A stretch of 64,000 bases of DNA, taken from contig NC_043011.1 of assembly GCF_006345805.1 (NCBI RefSeq), positions 67,158,464-67,222,463 of the forward strand. Direction: 5' to 3'. The DNA comes from Octopus sinensis (taxonomy: Eukaryota). The translations under genes were made by a program, and so were the position numbers. Every line of letters begins with the position of its first letter. Position 1 is the stretch's first letter. The notes under the pieces are model-generated. The model did no database searches. It was not told the DNA's origin and saw only the letters and a list, made by a program, of their open reading frames with translations. Positions 57,260 through 64,000 of the stretch are shown in pieces.

Positions 57260-57510
57260 CATTAATCTTATTTATGTGTTCCCGCCAAGAAATCTTCATC
57301 ATGGATCGTAACTACAGCATCGGGCAGCTCATCAGCTTTCCGATATGCAGGATACAACGGGAATGATATTACTACTTTGCGTTTTGCTGACACTTTAATA
57401 GCAAACTTCCCAATCGACCATCGTGGTTCTTCTTCAATTTGATTAAAACCCATGTTACATTCAGTTTGTTGTCTTCAGAAATGATGTTACCTAAACACGT
57501 TATTTCTTTT
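57260..57510. pseudogene. Scrambled LINE RT fragments in both orientations
   Basis: + GYNGNDITTLRFAD; - MMKISWREHINK and CLGNIISED. Confidence 0.45.
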
Positions 57511-57924
57511 TATTAAATTCATAGGAGGACTTTCAAAAGTTTCATAGATTCGCATTGAAGCACTCCGAGTTTATGTTGGTGGTTTTCAGTGTTTTTCACA
57601 TTTACTGATAGACGGAAGATTGACACTGAACATAGAAAATCAGTCTGTCATTTCCTGGAGATTATGTATGGAGTGAGCCACTAGACCGAGTCACCAGGCT
57701 AGACACGTTTGCGAATACATATTGTAGCACTAGAGGATCTTCGTGTAAATACGGTCAACACTCCACGATCCACTCTTGTGACTATATACGTGTCAGCTGT
57801 AAGTCCACTTGCCGTTTTATCAAGCAGATAACATCTTTAAATAACCAGTTCAAACGGCGTTTTGCATATAACCCTATTATACTTAGTGGGTGACTGGAGT
57901 GTGTGATGCGCTATCTTTTTTAGG

Positions 57925-58453
57925 AGTCTTCTGGGACCAGGACGGAGTAGTGATGACAGATTTCCTGGCAAAGGGTACCACAATTACAGGAGCCTATTAT
58001 GCTTCACTTTTGAGGAAATTAAGAGAAGCTATCAAAATCAAGAGGCGGGGCAAGATCAGCAAAGGCATCCTCCTCCTGCAGGACAACGCTCCGGTCCACA
58101 ACTCGATGGTCGCCAGATCAGAAGCACAGGCGTGCGGCTATGAACTCCTCCCCCAACGCCCTTCTCTCCTGACCGTGCACCCTCGGATCTTCACCTCTTC
58201 CCACCCATGAAGTTGTTTTTGAAAGGAAAGCATTTCCCAGATGATGCAGCCTTGATTTCTGAAGTCAGATCGTGGTTGGAGGACCAAGCTGGGGTCTTCT
58301 ACAAAAACGGTCTCTAGAGCTGCATCAAACGATGGGAGAAATGCGTAACTCTGGGTGGTTCCTATGGAAAAGAAGACTAATAACTGTGCCAAGTGTCGTT
58401 GCTCTACTGCTATGGGAAGTGGGTCAGGGGCATTACTTATTGAACGCCCCTCG
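57925..58453 (+). mobile_element. 3' fragment of the same mariner family as 16025-17316
   Basis: Near-identical sequence, one TIR followed by TA. Confidence 0.95.
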
Positions 58454-59796
58454 TATTTGTATTCGGTGAATAGCATTGAAGCAACAGCTGGCAAAACAAG
58501 TATTCGAAGAAGGAAAGAGACTAAATGGAGCCCCGCCGCTAAGGGCTATCCGACTTCATGGAATATAAAACCAGTGCACCATTTTTCTCTTTTATTTCGT
58601 TTCTTCCAAGAGTCCACTTTCAGAACTTCCAAACCACCCCCTACACAAACTGAATCCTTTGTCAGTTCGCTTTCTTCCACAAATTTAATTTCCTGTTTTA
58701 ATTAAGTGGGTAGTACCGTTTTAATTACATGTATTACTCTAATCCATAACACGTACTTTCTGCTTAATTGATATAATCTTAATTTAATTGTATTAATCCA
58801 TAATCCATTACTATCTTGGAAAAGATTTGTCACACACATAGAAACATACGCACCGCCTGCGAATATACACGCATTCATAGGGACACTTTACAAGCATATC
58901 CATTGAATCAGAAAATATAAATCGGTGTGATAAGTTATCAAAAGCTTAAATCGTAATTATACAAGGAATTGTACAAGCATATTTAAATAGTTTGATGTCG
59001 ATCCATAAATGAGAATAGATATACATGTGTATACAATTGCTTATACGCAATAATTATGGCTTTACATCCGAAATCCCTGCTTAACAACTAATTCATTACG
59101 CAAATACATACAAACACACACTGACACACACACTGACACACATACACACCTACAAACAAACACGTGCACACAGAGATATATATGCATTGTTATATATTCT
59201 TCTTCAAGCCAAATTATTTTGCCAATCGTTTAGTTTTTTTTTCACCTCTAACAATCTTCTGGTGATGAAAGACTAGGTTCCAGCATCCAAAACAACTATA
59301 TTCTTTCGTTTTGTAAGTATTAAATATTATGATAGTTGTCAAATCTCTCCCTCCTCTGTTGTGTTAATTTTCTGTTCATTGTCCTCTTTCTTATTATGTA
59401 TATTAGCTGAAAGACCTCATTCCGGGCGGTTTTCTGCTGGCCTCTTGATAATATTTACACATTTGATTCCCATTTGTAAAAATCTTTATCTTTTACGTCT
59501 AATTATCTTTTTGTATGATAGTGCTCACTTGCTTAGTAAATATTGCTTTCATTATTTTATCATAGTTATAATCTCACATTTTTAAACAAGCATCACGGTA
59601 ACCCAACAACAGAGGGAGAGTAGTTTGTCAAGTTTTACCTTCCCCTCGACGCAACATAGAGATTTTAATTCAGCAACCCGTCTGAAAGCTTTGCATTGTA
59701 TGAGTGAGAGAGAGGGGGAGGAGGGAACATAGCAAACAATGAATGAAATAAACATGAAATGAAAAATTCGTATAAAAAGGACAGTACTACAGATGT

Positions 59797-61218
59797 ATAC
59801 GCCCCCGACTTTGTTACTTCAAGACATCCAGAAAAATAGATAGTTTTTTAACAAAATTTTCTATAAATACCGCTTGGATGCTGTAGCTTCAGAGCATAAA
59901 GGGATTTATGGGAAAAAAAATTTTTCGAAGGAGTGGAGTGAGGAGGTTCGGAAAATTCTCATGATTTGACATTTTTCCCTCATTATTTTCCAGAAGATGG
60001 GTATCTTTTAGTGGAAATTTGTACAAATCCCTTTCAAGCTGAATAGGTTATAATTATAAAGAACTTTGTGGGGAAGATTCTTTCGCGGATTTCCCCCGAT
60101 TTTTTTTAAACCACAGCTTTCGAAATGATGAGTTTGGGGGGCATTTTTATATGAAAAATGTTTTGAAAACTCATTTTTTTACACCCCGTCCCTCATCGTC
60201 CGACTCCGGACCTATTTCGGCCAATTTGTTTTAGCACTTGAAAACTATGGGAAGAACATTTTCATTAATAAAAGAATTACTCTTTACTCTTTTTTCTCTT
60301 TTACTTGTTTCAGTCATTTGGCCATGCTGGAGTACCGCCTTTAGTCGAGTAAATCAACCACAGAACTTATTCTTTGTAAGCTTAGTACTTATGCTATCGG
60401 TCTCTTTTTGCCGAACCGCTACGTTACGGGACGTAAACACACCAGCATCGGTTGTCAAGCCATGTTGGGGGGACAAACCAGACACACAAACAGACACAAA
60501 CAGACACATACGCCCCCGACTTTGTTACTTCAAGACATCCAGAAAAATAGATAGTTTTTTAACAAAATTTTCTATAAATACCGCTTGGATGCTGTAGCTT
60601 CAGAGCATAAAGGGATTTGTGGGAAAAAAAATTTTTCGAAGGAGTGGAGTGAGGAGGTTCGGAAAATTCTCATGATTTGACATTTTTCCCTCATTATTTT
60701 CCAGAAGATGGGTATCTTTTAGTGGAAATTTGTACAAATCCCTTTCAAGCTGAATAGGTTATAATTATAAAGAACTTTGTGGGGAAGATTCTTTCGCGGA
60801 TTTCCCCCGATTTTTTTTAAACCACAGCTTTCGAAATGATGAGTTTGGGGGGCATTTTTATATGAAAAATGTTTTGAAAACTCATTTTTTTACACCCCGT
60901 CCCTCATCGTCCGACTCCGGACCTATTTCGGCCAATTTGTTTTAGCACTTGAAAACTATGGGAAGAACATTTTCATTAATAAAAGAATTACTCTTTACTC
61001 TTTTTTCTCTTTTACTTGTTTCAGTCATTTGGCCATGCTGGAGTACCGCCTTTAGTCGAGTAAATCAACCACAGAACTTATTCTTTGTAAGCTTAGTACT
61101 TATGCTATCGGTCTCTTTTTGCCGAACCGCTACGTTACGGGACGTAAACACACCAGCATCGGTTGTCAAGCCATGTTGGGGGGACAAACCAGACACACAA
61201 ACATACACACACACACAC
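59797..61218. repeat. 711-bp near-perfect tandem duplication
   Basis: atacgcccccgactttg at 59797 and 60508; identical track ORF starts at 60238 and 60949. Confidence 0.95.
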
Positions 61219-61235
61219 ACACATACACACACACG

Positions 61236-61313
<78 letters not shown>

Positions 61314-61482
61314 CATATATACATATATACGACGGGCTTCTTTCAGTTTCCGTCTACCAAATCCACTCACAAGGCTTTGGTTGGCCCGCGGCTATAGTAG
61401 AAAAGACTTGCCCAAGCTGCCACGCAGTGGGACTGAACTTGGAGCCATGTGGTTGGTAAGCAAGCTACTTGCAACACAGCCT
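60990..61482 (-). mobile_element. SINE S1, full-length (3' half duplicated at ~60280-60500)
   Basis: Reverse-complement homology to 47332-47782. Confidence 0.88.
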
Positions 61483-62149
61483 ATTATTTTCACAGGGAAA
61501 AGTGATTTAAAGGCGATTTGGCTGTTGTTTCTAGCACATCCAAAGACTACTCCCCTTCTTTCTTTATCACTCACGCATGCATTGATGTTTTTCAATATTT
61601 CCCCCAAAATACATTTGCATGCTATAAAATAGCATTAGAATTAGGGTGAGAATTAGGAAATTTTGGCAACCCCACTCTCTGTCACCGATTGTCTCTGTTT
61701 AGAATTTAAAATATTGGAGAGACTGAGGGGATCATCGCTGTCATTTGTCCACAGTGATTTTAAAAATACGGAGATATACTTGCATAGCAAGTGATTTGAT
61801 CTGAGATCGTGTGCTGAGAGAAAAACAATTTTAGCGTGGAAGATGTTTGCAAGCCTTTCGAGAGCCCACAAAAACCGTTAGTTTCACTTCAACACGAAGT
61901 TATTGCAAACTGTTGTGCAAATCGGTAAACAAATAGCAAAAGAGAAAAAAGGACTTCGTAGAAGTCACGAAGTGTCAAAACGACGAAATAAAATTGGGGA
62001 AAAAATTGAAATATTATAAAAAGATACTTAGTCGTGAATGATATAAAGTTAAATTATACACCCCGCAAGAAATAGTAAATGACAAACAGGAACGTACAAT
62101 AGTACACAAAACTTACTCAGTGGAAGCAGGAAATGTGAACATAATGTCG

Positions 62150-62930
62150 ACAAAGCAGATACAGAAAGCCAGAGGAGCCAAACGATAGAGATACGTTTAG
62201 AGAGGCAGAGATAGCGAGGAAGCATTCTGCAACCCCGGTGAAAAGAGAAGTGGTATTTATACCCCAACACCTTGGAAGGCATGCTTCCAGGATTAGGGTG
62301 GAAGATATACCACCGGAAGTTGATGTAACCTGGATAGCAGCCGCTGTCTTACTCGGAAATGAGGAAAAGAGAGCGGTTCTTCAGGCCACGAAGACAGGAA
62401 GTAGACACTGGAAAGGTCAGACACTGGATATGATTATCCAGGGGTTGAGAGAAACTAGCGAAAACATGACAGAATCGGTTACATTGGGTGATTTCATAAT
62501 GAGGGTTAGGATGGAGGGCAGGACCCCTCGATGTGGTCTGAAAGGTCACCTTAGAGCAGACTGCCCTTCGCCGTCCAGAATGTCAGAAGAACAAATGAGG
62601 AAGGATGAGGTAATACCACCAACAGCAACGAAAGAAATAAGAAAACGAAAACGACAGTGAATGGGAGAAAACGGGAAAGAGAGAAAAAGAAAAAAGCAAG
62701 TCAAATGGACACAGACCCCCGCCCCATCCCAGAACCACCCAAGATCCACTCATACCCTCTTCGTCCCAGCCTCACCTTACAGACACCAAAACTCCTCACT
62801 CCCCTCTGACAAAAAAGAACATGTTCAGACAAAAAGCCCAAACTTCCCCTCCTCCGGCAAAAGGAAAAAGCAATTATGTATGATGATTCGAACAAGGAAC
62901 TTTATGAAGAGATGCAGACATAGCCAGATT
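62150..62930 (+). pseudogene. Decayed LINE ORF1/gag-like remnant with a partial CCHC knuckle
   Basis: VRMEGRTPRCGLKGHLRADCP followed by a basic, low-complexity tail. Confidence 0.55.
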
Positions 62931-62942
62931 TTATATATATAT

Positions 62943-62977
<35 letters not shown>

Positions 62978-63708
62978 TCTTTAATTTGCTTCAGTTATGA
63001 AACTACGATAATGCTAGGACACTGCTTAGAAGGGTTTAATTGAAGAAATCGACCCCATTAATTATCTTTCTTTCAGCTTCTAAATTATTCTGTAGTCGTC
63101 TTTTTGCCGGACCCTAACTTACGGGGACCGAAAGAAGCCAGCACCGTTTGCAAGTGATGTTTGGACAAATTCAAGAATTCATTTATTCGATTAAATGAAA
63201 TTAATCAATTAATGTCTGTTATTTCACAGACATGTGTGTCCTTAATGCAATTTTCAAACCGAAACAGGTTTTCAATACACTTTCCGGGTTACCATTTACC
63301 GCATTAAACTGGAAATGATTAAATTCACCGACTCCTATGCTAGAGAATAGTTGGTTAAGTTTGTGTTAGAGTAGATTGAACCCGGCACGCGAAAAGTTCG
63401 AAGTGAGAATATTAAACACACAAACATACATGACTAAGATTTCTACTTACAAGTGGAACGCATTCAATCACTGATTTGATCATCAGAATTAATCCTGTCC
63501 GCTAAGCACGACTTTCTGTTGTTATCTTCTCTCCGCACATTACATGTATTTTCGTTAACTGTTAATCTCGTGAACCTAAATATATTTCTATTGTATAGTA
63601 TGCTACGTGCCCACTCATACACATACACCAATGATGTGTGGAAACATCTGTAGTCTATTGAATTCAATGTGGGAACTATTTGAACTCATTCATTTATCAA
63701 CTAAACTA

Positions 63709-63990
63709 GGCGGCGAGCTGGCAGAATCGTTAGCACGCCGGTCAAAATATCTAGCAGTATTTCGTCCGTTGCTACGTTCCTAGTTGAGTGAAGGTGGTGA
63801 GCAGACGAAATGCTCTGCCTCATTTCTACCGTCTTTTTAATCTGAGTTCAAATTACGCTGAGGTCTACGTTGCCTTATTTCATTTCGGGGACGATAAGAT
63901 AAATACCAGTTAAGCATTGATGCCGATGTAATCGACTTAAACCTTCCCACAAGATTGCTAGGCATGAACCGAAAATTGAAACCAATATTA
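63709..63990 (+). mobile_element. SINE S2
   Basis: ggcggcgagctggcagaatcgttagcacgcc head; homologous to 32855-33280. Confidence 0.85.
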
Positions 63991-64000
63991 TCTCTTTAAT

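Noticed and set aside
61653-61871. 72-aa ORF as a host exon
   Set aside because: No recognisable domain; cannot be supported without homology or RNA data.

Overview
AT-rich eukaryotic intergenic or intronic DNA, most likely from an octopus or other cephalopod (inferred from the SINE families and the dense (TA)n/(TG)n content). I found no supportable host gene, and almost all track ORFs are microsatellite or satellite artefacts. Recognisable elements are a full-length frameshifted mariner plus a second fragment, a Tc1-type IR-DR element, a Helitron 3' half (PIF1 helicase, hairpin and CTAG end), an RTE LINE, an R4/Dong-type RLE retrotransposon in (TAA)n, and many SINEs. The main signal is a set of Penelope-like (GIY-YIG) elements and small non-coding tandem units sitting in (TA)n tracts, often as head-to-head fold-backs, which carry type I hammerhead ribozyme (HHR) motifs. 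About 16 HHR or HHR-like motifs from about 8 families were read by eye. They include a ~357-nt retrozyme-like family with two divergent members showing covarying stems and non-canonical cores (UUGACGA, CCGAAGA), and a 548-nt unit (CCGAUGA). All folds are manual and ribozyme activity is untested.
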